Source of the DNA: Candidatus Zhuqueibacterota bacterium
GTDB lineage: Bacteria > Zhuqueibacterota > Zhuqueibacteria > Residuimicrobiales > Krinioviventaceae
Direction of reading: 5' to 3'
Assembly (NCBI GenBank): GCA_034521575.1
Contig: JAXHMJ010000002.1
Coordinates: 1,001,089-1,065,088, forward strand
DNA length: 64,000 nucleotides
Below the pieces are notes generated by a model, which made no database searches, was not told the DNA's origin, and was given only the letters and a program-made list of their open reading frames with translations. A program made the translations under genes and the position numbers. Positions 50,782 to 63,791 of this stretch are shown piece by piece. Numbering within the stretch: position 1 is the stretch's first letter; every line of letters begins with the position of its first letter.

Positions 50782-53287
50782 ATGAAAGGGGTTAACATCA
50801 TGAGGTGTAGAGCGTATTCAGGGTTATGGGTAGTATTCTATGTTCTAACTGCTTTTTTTCTGTTCAGCACCACACTTTCGGCCGCTCCGACGGTAAACGG
50901 TTTGTTTTACGGAGATAACGATCAAAGTCAATACCAATTTTTGGCTGAAAATGGCACAGGCCGCGGTACAATGTATTACTACCTTGAGCAGGATGTTTTG
51001 TATATTGCTGTAATTGTAAGTCCCTCCGTAAATGACAATGTGATAGACGATGGGCAAACCGCATATGCAAACAGCGTGGGCTGGACTCCTCCCCACCAGG
51101 CTGAAAAGCTGATTCAATCCGATCATTTGAACTTTACGTTCACAGCAGACGGCGTTTCCTACACCTGGAAACAGGGCTATCTTTATGATGCAGATGGTGA
51201 TAAAAGCCCCTCTGAAGCGGACTGGCTGTCTGACTATCATGACGGCAGTCTGGGAGGCGGAACCCTACCACCCGGACTCGTATCTGCCAGCTCGATGCAG
51301 TGGAATATGAATAACAGTCCATGGGTGAGCACATTCACCGGGACCAGCAATGATTGGAAATCCCCCTATGATCCGGCGAGTCCGAACAGCTTGACGGCTC
51401 CATATGAACTGGGTTATCCGCACTGGGACAGTGTGAACGAGTGGGAATGGGCGATGGTGTATGAAATGAGCATTCCCATAAGCAATTATTCCGGCGCCAT
51501 AACACTGCAGGTAAACAGCGCGCACAATTCTCCTTCCAAAGACGATGAGGAAGACATTCCCATTCCTCCGGTGACACTCACAGATTATGGTGATCTGCCC
51601 AGCCCTTTTCATACGCTGAGCACTGATAATGGAGCCAGTCACTTGATTTTAACAGAAAACAATCCCACTCTGGGCAGTAGTGTGGACGCTGAAAATGACG
51701 GTCAACCTGACGGCAAAGCCAGGGGTGATGACAATAATTACCATGATGATGAAGACGGCATTCAATTCAAATCAGCTGTTTCACCCGATTATGAGGCAAT
51801 ACTTTACGTTACTGTGAAGAATACAGGATACCTGAGCGCCTGGATGGATTTTAACGGCAATGGAAATTTTGATACAGGTGAGCAATTTCTCTCGGATGTA
51901 ACCCTGTCAACCGGCACACACAGTTTAACCTTTACCCCACCGGCGGATGCAGTGACTGGAGTCACGTATGCCCGCTTTCGATACAGCACAGAAACCGGAT
52001 TAACGGCAAATGGTTCAGCTGCAGACGGCGAAGTAGAAGATTACCGGATTGAAATCCTGTCATTGCAATATGTGGATTACGGCGATGCTTTTAGTGATAA
52101 CATTATGAATGTATGGTGGCCGGAAGCCGGGAGAGGCGGTTGACGCAACCCGAGCCTATTTGGGAGACATGGTAGACACAGAGGGCGTATACACCGGTAG
52201 TTTGGCTGCCGATGCAGACGACAATAATGATGATACGAATGATGAAGACGGCATCACCTTTTACCATGATTATAACAATGACGGAATCTGGGTGGAAAAA
52301 ACAGATAATATTTTTGTCAGTAATTATACCTATCAGATCAAAGTCACGGTCAATCTGGGCAGCGGCTATTCAGCTTTATTAGCCGGATGGTTTGATTTCT
52401 CCGCAGACGGTATTTTTGGAAACTTTGACAATGAGATTATTATCAATAACGATCTGTTCCAGAATGGTCTGGGCAAAACGCAACCCGGCGACTTGAGTTT
52501 GGCAAAAACTGCCGCCACATTGACCCGCTACTATACATTTACCGTTCCCGATATTGTTGGCGGAGATTACACCTTTATCCGATTCAGGCTGGACACCTAT
52601 ACTGAAGGTGGTGGACTTTTATCTTCCGGATTTGGCGCGGGATACGGCGAGGTCGAAGATTATTACGCCACTCTGGATGATACACCGCCGGTCTCTAGCC
52701 AATTAACCTCATTCGAGGCGGAACAATCGGAAAAAGGCATCCGCTTATTCTGGAACTATGAAAACCTGCAGAACCTTGTAGGGTTCAATGTGCTGCGAAG
52801 CGTTGAAGAAGCAGGTCAATATAACCAAATCAACAAGTCGCTCTTGTTGTGCCTGGAGCCAAACCCGCAGTCTTTTACTTTTACGGATTATGATATCCTG
52901 AAAAATAAAAACTATTTTTACAAACTTGAGGCGCTCGATCTGAACGGTAAAAGCACCCTCTACGGTCCGGTTTGCGCTGCATGGAACACGGGAATTGAAG
53001 AGATACCGGAAAATTATAAATTCGTGGATAATTATCCGAATCCCTTTAATTCAAATACCTGGTTTGAATATGTACTGGCCTCTGCAGGGCATGTCAAATT
53101 ACGTATCTATAATATAAAAGGCGAACTCGTCAGGACTCTGGTTGACTCGCATCAATCAAAAGGATCGTACAAGCTGAAATGGAATGCAGAAAATGATAGA
53201 GGCCGATTCGTACCGACAGGCATTTACATCTATCAATTCCAATGCGGCGACTATGATAAAACAGGCCGTATGTTGTATATGAAATAA
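50782..53287 (+). CDS. T9SS cargo protein containing GEVED domains. The gene is split by a +1 frameshift near 52125-52140.
   Basis: The N-terminus is a signal peptide (alternative start ATG 50800). The motifs GEVEDYRIEIL (ORF1) and GYGEVEDYYATLDD (ORF2) are GEVED-type. The C-terminus DNYPNPFNSNTWFEYVL...GIYIYQFQCGDYDKTGRMLYMK is a T9SS C-terminal domain. ORF1 50782..52143 and ORF2 52109..53287 overlap in adjacent frames. Confidence 0.65.
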
Positions 53288-53566
53288 TATTATTCAACAA
53301 GCCTCCCGGCTGGCGCCTTGAATTTGCGTACCGGGGATGAAATCCATAGGGGAAAACGATGCCGCACCGGGTGTGTGAAACCGGAGGAATAGTTCGTTAT
53401 AGCCTGTTCCTCCGGTTTTCACGGACAAACAAAAGATAATGGGTAAAAAATCGCTCTGACTGTTTATCAAAAGTATATAATCAGTTTTCATTTTGAAATG
53501 GGGATATGATTTTGTACATTTATCGCTTAATGTTCTGAACCCATAACCCTTGAATAAAAGAGTGCC

Positions 53567-54457
53567 ATGCCTTTTATTGGAGAAATATCAGCTCTTACAG
53601 CTGCCTTTTTCTGGGGAAGTACTGCCTATCTGTTTGATTTTGCAGGTAAAAAAATAGGTGCCTTTCCCATTAATGTTCTTCGGGTCTTTTTCGCCTGTCT
53701 GTTGCTGGGTTTGCTTTTGTATATTCAGCGGGGATACTTTTATCCCGTGCATGTCACTCGGCACGCTTCCTTTTGGCTGGGCATCAGTGGGATCATTGGG
53801 TTGGCAATCGGTGACGGGGCCTTGTTTTTCGCCATCCTGAGCATTGGGCCCAGACTCGCAACGCTGGTTCTCGCTCTCGCGCCGCCATTGACAACAATCA
53901 TCGCGTGGGTGTTTCTTGGAGAAAAACTGGGGATCTATGCATTGCTTGGAATCACATTAACCATCACATCCATTGTTTGGGTTGTATCCGAACGCGGACC
54001 GGAGCTGCAATTTCCCAAACACAAGACGGCCGGAATTATTTATGGGATCATCGCCGCCATAGGCCAGGGATTGGGTGTTATTTTTGCCAAGATCGGACTG
54101 GAAAACAATATTGATACGATCTCGGCCACGTTGCTCAGAATGGCGCCTGCCAGTATAGCATTATGGATTATGGCTTTGTTCACGAGGCAGGCAAAACCGG
54201 CTTTTCTGGCATTTAATAACAGTCGGGTTATGGGCGCCATTATCATTGGGACCGTTTTCGGGCCGTTTCTTGGGGTATGGCTGTCTATTGTTGCAGTAAA
54301 GTTTACCGCGGCAGGTATTGCCTCCACCCTGCTGAGCACAGTTCCGGTCCTTGTGATACCCGTGGAGATCATCTTGTTTCGGAGAATTCCGTCGACGCGC
54401 GCGATAATCGGCACGGTGCTGGCCATAGCGGGTATCGCATTGATCTTTATGCGCTGA
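53567..54457 (+). CDS. DMT-superfamily (EamA-like) transporter.
   Basis: The protein is 296 aa with 10 TM helices and a duplicated EamA half-domain. Confidence 0.75.
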   Translation: MPFIGEISALTAAFFWGSTAYLFDFAGKKIGAFPINVLRVFFACLLLGLLLYIQRGYFYPVHVTRHASFWLGISGIIGLAIGDGALFFAILSIGPRLATLVLALAPPLTTIIAWVFLGEKLGIYALLGITLTITSIVWVVSERGPELQFPKHKTAGIIYGIIAAIGQGLGVIFAKIGLENNIDTISATLLRMAPASIALWIMALFTRQAKPAFLAFNNSRVMGAIIIGTVFGPFLGVWLSIVAVKFTAAGIASTLLSTVPVLVIPVEIILFRRIPSTRAIIGTVLAIAGIALIFMR

Positions 54458-54557
54458 AGATCATGCATTTAAACACTTTACGTTTTTCGTAATATTTTTA
54501 TTGTAGTTTCAATTATATATTTTTATACTATGGATTCAAATCAACAGGAGGTTCAGC

Positions 54558-54884
54558 ATGGATCAAAATCAAAAGAAACAAATTGATATACAGTTGGGTG
54601 AAAAAGAAGCAGAAGGAATTTACTCGAATTTGGCCTTAATTACCCATTCTCCGGCTGAATTTATTATTGACTTTACCCGAATTCTTCCGGGTTCTCCCAA
54701 GACTAAAGTTTTTGCGCGAGTGATCATGACACCACAACATGCAAAATCGTTTCTGGAAGCAATGAAAAACAATATCGAAAAATATGAAAACCAGTTCGGC
54801 GAAATATCCAACATACCTGACTCGGCCAGGAATCATCCAATAGGATTTCAGCCTCCGGAAAATCACAAAGAATCGAAAGAATAA
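54558..54884 (+). CDS. DUF3467-domain protein.
   Basis: RBS AGGAGG is followed by ATG. The sequence IDIQLGEKEAEGIYSNLALITHSPAEFIIDFTRILPG matches DUF3467. Confidence 0.65.
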   Translation: MDQNQKKQIDIQLGEKEAEGIYSNLALITHSPAEFIIDFTRILPGSPKTKVFARVIMTPQHAKSFLEAMKNNIEKYENQFGEISNIPDSARNHPIGFQPPENHKESKE

Positions 54885-54895
54885 TATCCGTTAAC

Positions 54896-55459
54896 ATGAG
54901 AAAACTCACATTAGTATTCATGGTACTCATGGCCAGCCAGCTGATACAGGCCAAAGAGCATTTCTATTCCCATATTGGTGTTGGCTATGTTGTCTGGAAA
55001 CCCATGAGTCTTGATGATTATCAATCGGAGCCATTACGCAATATTGAAAATGCATCGACTTTGCCGCTTTTATCAGCAACTCTAAAGATATTGAACAATC
55101 ATGCATTGCGTGTGGGTTACTTTAACTGGAATCAGGCCGGAACAGACAAGCATCCATCCTCAAAGGTCAATTTGCATTATCTGGCATTGGATGCTATGAG
55201 TCTGGTGATTGCGGAAAGTCCGGCAAGCCCGTATGTAAGCTATGGTCTTTCGACTGTTTTACACAGAAAAGACTCTGGAAATTTAATAGCGGCCGGCCCC
55301 GGTTACCAAATGGGAGCGGGTTTATATCTAAACCTGCATCGCCGCATCGCTTTTACAGCTGAATATCGTTTTCTCTATCTGATGCTGCACGATCAGATCG
55401 GACAAACCAATAATTACAGCGGGCCTATATTGTCAACATCCCTACATGTTTGTTTCTAG
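54896..55459 (+). CDS. Small outer-membrane beta-barrel protein (OmpW/porin-like).
   Basis: Signal peptide MRKLTLVFMVLMASQLIQA. The protein has alternating beta-strand patterns and a C-terminal aromatic. Confidence 0.5.
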   Translation: MRKLTLVFMVLMASQLIQAKEHFYSHIGVGYVVWKPMSLDDYQSEPLRNIENASTLPLLSATLKILNNHALRVGYFNWNQAGTDKHPSSKVNLHYLALDAMSLVIAESPASPYVSYGLSTVLHRKDSGNLIAAGPGYQMGAGLYLNLHRRIAFTAEYRFLYLMLHDQIGQTNNYSGPILSTSLHVCF

Positions 55460-55692
55460 AATCTGTTTATGTTGAATCAGATGTATTCAATTGGAACACT
55501 TTGCCAGACTTTATAAACAGCCTGTGCTTTAAAAAACCTTCGGAATTCATTGCGATATTTTTTATATTATTGATATTACTTGATTTATAATTTTTTGACA
55601 ATCTAAGTTTTGTACCATCTTTTAATCACATTCGGTATAATTGTTGCATTTTCAATCCCGAATAAAAAGGTTTACAAAACTTTTTTCAGTTA

Positions 55693-58600
55693 TTGGAGGA
55701 TTCTTTGCAGAGTTATAAAAGAATATTCATTCTGGTCATTATCCTGATTTTACCTGCTTTTGCATATTCCAAGACGTGGAAAATAATGCCGGTGGGTAAT
55801 TCGATCACTGCCGGTGAAGGCAGCAGCTCGGGCAACGGATATCGAGACATATTATACAACAACCTGAGTAATTCCGGATACGATATCGAGTTTGTCGGCC
55901 CCAACGGTGCGCCCTATAACGGTTTTTATCAGAGTGGCGCCAAAATCGATCAATTCTTGCCCGGAGGTTCGCTCAATATTACCGGACAGCTCAACACCTA
56001 TTTCCCGGACATTGTCCTGGTTATGCTGGGAACCAATAACACGGGAAAATGATGCTCCGGGGCCCTATACCAATCCAGCTACAATGGCCGGGAAAATGCA
56101 GACTTTGCTGCAGAACATAGCTCAGCATCAGAGTGTCCGTTATATTCTTGTATGTAAAATCATCCCCAAAATTGTTGAAGGGGAAGCGGAACCCAAGATT
56201 CGTGAGTACAATGCTGAACTTGAAAAAATGTTTTTTGACAATCCGCCCAGTGACAATATTACAGTTGTTGACATGTACTCTGCAGTTACTCTCAGTCAAT
56301 TAACTGACGGTGTGCACCCAAACAATACCGGATATCAAAACATGGCCCTGCGTTATGAACAGGCCATTTCGGATTTAATTGACGAAACGAATCCTGACGA
56401 TAATCCGCCGTCCCGGATCGCATGGAAGCAAGGCTATTCGATTAATTCACAAAGCATTCGACTGGAATGGTTTGCACCCAGCGATGACGGCGCCGCCCGC
56501 TCTGCGAACATTTACGAATTGCGTTATGCAACATTCAATCTGAATGCTTCCAATTTCAAGCAGGGAAAACTGGTCTCTGTCGGGAAACCCGGGGCGCCGG
56601 GTTCTGTTCAAAAAACAGATGTTACAAATCTGCTGCCGGATCAGTCTTATTTCTTTGCAATTCGCGCATGGGATGCGTCAGGCAATGTCGGGCCGTTATC
56701 CGAGAGCATATTTGTAGAGACCAGTGTTGCAGGAATTGAGTATTGTACCGATTTTGGAGACCCTGATTTACCGGACTGGTCCGCCTCGCCTCAGTATGAG
56801 GTTGTGGATTCCAATCTGGTGAACTCTCAATCCGGCGCCCGGCTGGACAGACCTGGCGGTTTACACCTCCACTGCCTACAGTCCGAATGCCTCATCGGTT
56901 GATGCCTCTTTCACCTGGTCAAATTTAGTGGACAATGACGGTATCAACTCAAGCGGTATTGCAATGCTCCTGAACAATCCCGTTTACAGCGAAGCGGACG
57001 GATATCTGGTCCGGGTTCGAAACCGCAGAATTTATCTTGAGATCATTCAGAACGGACAGGCGCAAGCCGGGGTATTAGACTCTGACGATTTTTATAAAGA
57101 CGCTCCTTCTCCCACTCAGGGGGATGAACTAAAGGTTCAATTTTCTTATGATATTTCGTTGGGCAATGTGTTCAATGTGTATCTGGAAAACACCTGGATT
57201 GGTCAGGTCAATGATGTGAACAATTTGCAGGGAAATGCACAGCGTCTTTTCTCCGGCGTTATGCTTTACGGTGGTCAAAACAATGACATTTCCAGCTTTT
57301 GTGTGGCTGTGCCACCTCTCAACGCTTATACTATGAATATTCATACGGGAAACAATGAAACCGGCCAGGTCGATGAAAAGCTTGCCATTCCCCTGGCTGT
57401 TCAGATCACTGATGTCAACGGACAAGGAATTGCCAATGTACCTGTCCAGTTTAATGTAATTTCAGGCAGTGCATTTTTAAGCACAGACTCGATTGGTGAT
57501 ATTTTTGACGGCAACATTTGGTATGAGGCGGAATCCGGCATTCTCGAACAGCCGATGAGTAGTTCCAGTTCATCAACGGCTTCCAATGGAAAGTATATTC
57601 TCGTGCCCAATATCAGCAATGCCAATAACCGGGGTAAAGCGTATTATCGCATTTTCATCCCCAAAACCGATGCCTATGCGCTTTGGCTGCGCGTTGCTGC
57701 TCAAAGCCCCATTGCAAACTCGGGATATATCGCCGTCGGAGACACGTCGGAAGCCGCAAGATGGAATTTCAAAGTAACAGAGGACTGGAAATGGTACCGT
57801 TGGGATCAAAGCTGGGTTCTTGAAAACGGCTTTCTTGATTTCGCCATTAAAAACCGTGAAGCCAACACCTGGTACGACAAAGTACTCTTTACATCCAATT
57901 CCGGCTATACCCCGACCGGCGCCGGCGGCAGCAATCAGGAATTTTCCAATATCACCAATATATCCGGTTTTGCATCGACTCAGGTCACTTTTGGCAACCA
58001 GGCAGAGACTGTAGAAATTGAAGCTTATGCACCGCTTGTCCGAATAACAACCGACAGGTGTTTACATTGACGGTAAATGCAGGCGATCCCAACCAGATGG
58101 CCCGGACCTCAGCATCGACCATAACCGGAAAAGCAGGTGAACTGCTTTCCGAGCCGTTTTCAGTGTCATTAGAGGATAAATACGGCAATCAATGTTCAGG
58201 TGTTAAAGTAAGATTTACGGTCCAGGAAGGGGACGGGACATTTAATAACCGTCAGCAGATTGATGTTTATTCTGATCAGGACGGCAATGCCGAAGTGCTG
58301 TTTAAACTCGGATATCGGGAAGAAAGTATTGTACAGGCCTTTCTTCCGGACTTTCCGAATATACCATCTCTTGAATTCCGCGCTGTTGCGGGTGAAGGAA
58401 TTCCTGTGGCCATAGAGGAACTTGGCGGGAACAATCAAACCGCGCGGGTAACCGAGGCGCTGCCTGAATCCTTGTCCATCAAGATCACTGATGAGAATGG
58501 CAATCCGGTTGAGAATTTTCCGGTGCCGTTTGAACTCATTTCCGGCAACGGCACCATTGACGGCGAATACCCTGTGCGCGTAGATACAACCAACGCAAAT

Positions 58601-61600
58601 GGTATCGCCACGGTCAGAACAACACTTGGCGATACAGCAGGCACCAACATTCATAAAGTACAGGTTGCCCCAAGCGTACCGCTGGATAACGCCCCCATCA
58701 TTTTTAACGCGACAGCGCTGCCGGATGCCCCTTATCAGATTGTCAAAGAATCCGGTGAAGCGCAGACAATTGGCGCCGGGCACACCTTTCACGAACCTCT
58801 AATTGCCCGAATTGTCGATCAATACAACAATGGCATTCCGGAGCACAACCTTGAATTTTATGTGGTCAACGGAGACGGTAACTTTGAACAAAAAGTAGGC
58901 ACTTCAACGGTCGATGCAGACACTGTTTTGACCACGGATGAAACCGGTCGTGTGGAATTGCTGTACACAGCCGGGACCATTGTCGGCAATCACCAGATCC
59001 GGGTTGACGGTGATCCGAAGATTGAGCAGGGATATCGAATTTTTAATCTCAACGTCACTCAGCCGATCCCGCATCGAATCGTAAAAATGTCCGGCGACGC
59101 CCCGCTACAGGCGGAAACTGTCGGATCATTGCTGGCCAAACCCTTTAATGTAAAAATATTAAATGCTTTTGGCAATCCGATTGGAGCCGGCACAGACGTG
59201 GTATTCAAATCCGATCGGGGTAACGGAAAGTTTTACGGTTCAGATTCTGTGATACGGCAAACGGATGCAAATGGCATTGCTTCCGCCCAGTTTACACTGG
59301 GCACAGAGTCAGGCATTCAGACTGCGATTATTTATGTTAAAGGATACAGCAATGTACAAGCCGTGGAATTTAGAGCACAGGCGAATCCTGCCGCTCCATA
59401 CAGAATAATAGCAGACAGTCCCACCGGCTTTGAGGCCAGGGCCGGACAGGGTCCCATTCAATTGCGGGTTTCAAATTTTGGATCAATTTGAAAATCCAAG
59501 ACCGGGACAAAAGGTGACCTTTAGTGTGGGTACAGGGCAACGGACATTTTTCCAACAATTCAACCGTTCGCACCATCGTATCTGACAGCGTTTCAGGCAG
59601 CGCGGTTGTGGACTATTATATGGGTGAAAGCACGGAAACACGCAATATCATTCATGCCGCAGGTCGTTAAGGAAAACAACCAACCGTTGAACGGCAGCCC
59701 TGTCGAATTCCGCGGTACAGTAAAACCGGAAGCACCGGCATCCCTGATCAAACTGCACGGAGATGATCCGATTCAGTCAGCGCCTGTGATGACCATCGCG
59801 CCGGATTCATTTGCAGTGGCTATATTGGATAAATATAATAATCCTGTGCCCAATACAGAAGTGTTGTTCACAGTCACCGGTTCCAATGGTTCTCTGGAAG
59901 GAATGCCTCAAATCACCAAAGTCACCAATTCAGCAGGAGCCGCATGGACCTGGTTAAATCTCGGAACCCATGCTGCTTTATATTCGGATAGCGTACAGGT
60001 GAGTGTCCCCAATATTCCCGATATATCACCCGTGGAATTTGTGGCCACAGCAGAATCCGGCCAGCCGAATCGCATTTACGCGGTTGGGGACAGCAGTTGG
60101 CAGCAGCCCATAGGCCAAACTCAGAAGATATTCCAGCCCGAGGTCAAAATCGTTGACACCTACAACAATCCTGTCATCAACTATGATGTAAACTTTGCAA
60201 TTCTTCAGGGCAGCAGCAGTGTGGACAACAAACAGTCTATTGTCAAGCAAACCAATGATGATGGTATAGCGCAAGTGACATGGCGACTGGGTAACACGCC
60301 TTCGGAACATATTCTGGAAGCGAGCGCTGCGCTCAATTCTGTACCCCTCAACAATTCTCCCGTACGCTTTAATGCTGTTACGGTCACCGGCGCTCCCAAA
60401 TATATTTCGCTTATCAATACGCCGGGAGATACATTGACAGCCGGTCAGAGTATTCCAATTACGCTACGCGTGACGGATACTGCACAAAACCCCATTGCCA
60501 ATCATCCGGTACACCTCAGTGTAACCCATTACAACAGTGACGATGAACACGCGGTATTTGTGGTTGACGGCAAGCTGTATCACCGAAATCACGATCCGTA
60601 CCGATGCCAACGGTTATGCAAACGCCGGATTTATGCCGATTCTTGAAGACAACCAAATTAAAATCCGCTCTTATGATGCAAACAACGCGCCGTTAGACCC
60701 CTCGCCCATCAATCTGTTTGTCTGGGGTATTCCAACACAGGCAAAGCGAATGGAATTGGTATCGGACAGGCAGCATACTGTGGTGGCGGGTCAGCCGCTT
60801 ACGGTGCGGGCCGCGGCTTATGATGCGTTGACAGGCGGAAACCGTATTGACGGACATCGTATCCAGTTTTCAATTCTGGAAGGCGACGGATATCTGCAAT
60901 CTTCAAATTACAGTTTCAGTACAAAAAAAACGACGCAGGGTGAAGCGAGAGAAACCTGGTTTGTCGGTCACAAAACGGATGAACTGAATATCCTCGAATT
61001 AAACGGAGGATCAATACCCGGGTCACCCGATTCAGTTTTCGTTAATGTGCTACCCACCTCACCGTCAGCAGATTCCTGTTCGATCACTTTTTCCGGACAG
61101 TTAAAATCTGATGAGAGTACCTCCGCACAGATCCATGTGACTCTGGTAGATTCATTCGGCAACCCCATTCCGGGTAAAGACATCGAACTGATTGCTGTTA
61201 GCGAGGGCGCAAGTTTTAATCAACCCGAAGAATCTACGAATGATAAGGGAAAAACAATGGGCAAAGTGAAAGCCTCGATTGTTGGCTCCTTAAAAATCAC
61301 TGCATTTGTTCCGGATTATCCATCGCTGAAACTGGACACCATTGCCATTCCGGTCAAACCCGGTCAAGCGTCTCAATTGGCTCTGGTTAATGAAAGCAAT
61401 CAGTTTGTCGGCAACAAGGGCGCCGTTCTGAAAGACTCTCTTGCCGTGATGGCTAAAGACAAAAATGATAATCCCGTGCCGCATACCAACATCAAGTTTG
61501 AACTCAAAACCGGCAACGGGTACTTTGTCGAAAACCGGCAAAAACTTTATTATGAAATGGCCGATTCCAGCGGTATTGCAGCGGTGCATCTTGTCATGGG

Positions 61601-63753
61601 ACCGGAAGAGGATGAAAACTATTTGATCTATGCCACTATTGATCATCCTGATTACGCTGATATCCAGGTTCCGTTTTTGGGGAAATCCAGATCAGCGATC
61701 CCCCCTATTCACTGCGTAAAATTTCCGGTGACAGCTTGACCGGTGCGGTCGGACAAAACTTGTCCTCGCAGCTCGTGGTCCAGGTTATTGACAGCGACAG
61801 CATTCCGGTACGAAACACACCGGTATCATTTACACCCCTGGGAGACAGCGATGTGCGTCTGCTTGATGATACTCCCATTTTAACCGACTATAACGGCTAT
61901 GCCGGCATCCAAATCGGATTTGACAAGCTCAGCGGTTCGCATCAAATTGAAGCCAGATTGTCAGGAAATTCCGACACGATTATTTTTATCGCATTTGCGC
62001 GCGCCGGCGCTGCTTCGCAGCTGCTGGCCGCCAGTCATGCCAAACAAACGGCAACGGTCGGTAAAACTTTTAATGATGTGGTGATCGTTCAGTCACAGGA
62101 CCCGAACGGCAACCCTGTCGGCGGAGTGAAAGTTGAATTCAGTCTAATTGAAGAACCCGGCCCGGAAAATCTCGCCGCGGTGCTGCAACCCAGCACTTTG
62201 ACTACCAATGAGCAGGGTTTAGCCGCTGCGACGATACTAATGGGGCATAAAACAGGTGAGTATATTTTCGAAGCGACATCACCTGATCTACCTGATGAGA
62301 ATGTTCAGTTTAATGTCACCGGAAAAAGTGATCAAGCCTTTTATCTAAGAAAATATGCCGGTGATGAACAGAGTATGACTCGCGGCAGAGAGCTGGTCTA
62401 TCCGTTGGTCGTACAAATCACCGATCAATATGGCAATCCGGTTCACGGAGAAACCGTATATTTTGCCCCGGAAACGGAATCCGGCTATACAGAAAATCAA
62501 ACAACAACAAGCGACAGCAGCGGCCTGGCATCCACACGCTGGACAATCGGTTATCTTGATGTAAATTCATTATTGGCGACCAAAGTCGGCCTAGAGCCCA
62601 ATTTTGTACGTTATTATGCCACCGGTGTTGACAATGCCTTTCCCGAGTTTACTGATATGCCCTCGCAAGTGACGGTTAATTATGGTGAACCCGTAATCAT
62701 TCCACTACATGCAGAGGACGGCGATCAGGACCCGCTCACATTTTCCGTTCTCAATCAACCCTCTAATTCCGAATTTGATGCAGATTCCAATACATTCAGT
62801 CGGACACCCGGGTAGATCAGAAAGGAACCTGGACCGTCAAATTCCAGGTAGAAGACAACAAGTCCGGTTATTTAAAGGGATTTGATATCGATTCGGTCAC
62901 GATTAACGTGATATCCCAAATAAAGATTTATTCGTTTTATCCGACTGATTTGGCGGAAATCCGAAAGCCGGAAATCATTGAATTCTCGATTCGTGTTACA
63001 GATCAGGGCGCATCGCAATTGAACTATCAGTGGTCGGTCGATGGCGTTCCTGAGCCGGTCAATACGAACAGATTTTCGTTTTATAGTACAAAATATGCAC
63101 GCGGCGACCATATCATCAAAGTCATCGTTACGGATGGAATATCATCAGACAGTCTGACATGGAACACGGTAGTGACCAAAGTGGAATTATCAGCATTTGA
63201 AGCTCAGAGTCTGCCGTTTGAAGGTATTCAGTTGGTCTGGGAAACCGCAAATGAGGTGAATAACGCCGGATTTAATGTGCTGAGGAGCAACAGTGAGGCA
63301 GGCCCGTTTGAAAAAGTGAATCCGCGGTTGATTCCCGCATCGCCCAAAGGGCACTATACTTTTACAGACTCGACCGCAGCCGGCGGACATACATTCTATT
63401 ATAAACTCGAGGATCAGAGCATCAGCGGCTATAGCAATCAAAGTGAAGCCATTAGGGTTAAAGCCGAATTCCCGGAAGAATATAAACTGCTGCAAAACTT
63501 TCCCAACCCCTTTAATCCGGAGACGAATATCAGATTCCAGCTTCCGGAGAAATCCGACACTCGTATTTCTATTTACAACATCCGGGGTCAATTGGTCAGA
63601 ACTCTGGTCAACAGCAAGTTGGCGCCCGGATATTATGAACTTTCATGGAATGGTAAAAACAACCAGAATATGCAGGTTGCTTCAGGCGTTTATTACTATC
63701 GCTTTCAGTCCAATGATTATCAAGCAATCAAGAAAATGGTTTTACTCAAGTAA
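55693..63753 (+). CDS. Giant T9SS-secreted multidomain adhesin or enzyme of about 2,700 aa. The domain order is signal peptide, SGNH/GDSL hydrolase, FN3, LamG-like, CBM-like (YEAESG...) domain, about 10 Big_1-type Ig-like repeats, He_PIG-like domain, T9SS C-terminal domain. The gene is fragmented by at least 9 frameshifts.
   Basis: Start is TTG 55693 or 55705, the latter after GGAGGA. The signal peptide is KRIFILVIILILPAFAYS. SGNH blocks are GNSITAG, LGTNN and DGVHPN. The FN3 domain reads SIRLEWFAPSDDG...YFFAIRAWD. Repeated ...ITD.NGNPV.N.PV.F....G.G......T.DANGIA... units are Big_1-like. The end NFPNPFNPETNIRFQLP...KKMVLLK* is a T9SS C-terminal domain. The ORF pieces are 55693..56052, 55892..56902, 56928..58070, 58058..59491, 59606..60646, 60537..61739, 61736..62815 and 62908..63753. 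Protein-like sequence continues across every junction in a neighbouring frame. Confidence 0.6.
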
Positions 63754-63765
63754 AGGCAAATAAAA

Positions 63766-63791
63766 AGGCCATCTACCTGGATGGCCTTTTT
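63766..63791 (+). terminator. Rho-independent terminator after the adhesin gene.
   Basis: AGGCCATC tacctg GATGGCCT TTTTT. Confidence 0.7.

Noticed and set aside
56928-58070. An independent gene starting at GTG 56928 (MDNDGINSS...)
   Set aside because: The frame is open upstream to 56823 with no start codon. The product has no signal peptide although the downstream protein ends in a T9SS C-terminal domain. The upstream SGNH-FN3 ORF continues into it after a +1 shift.
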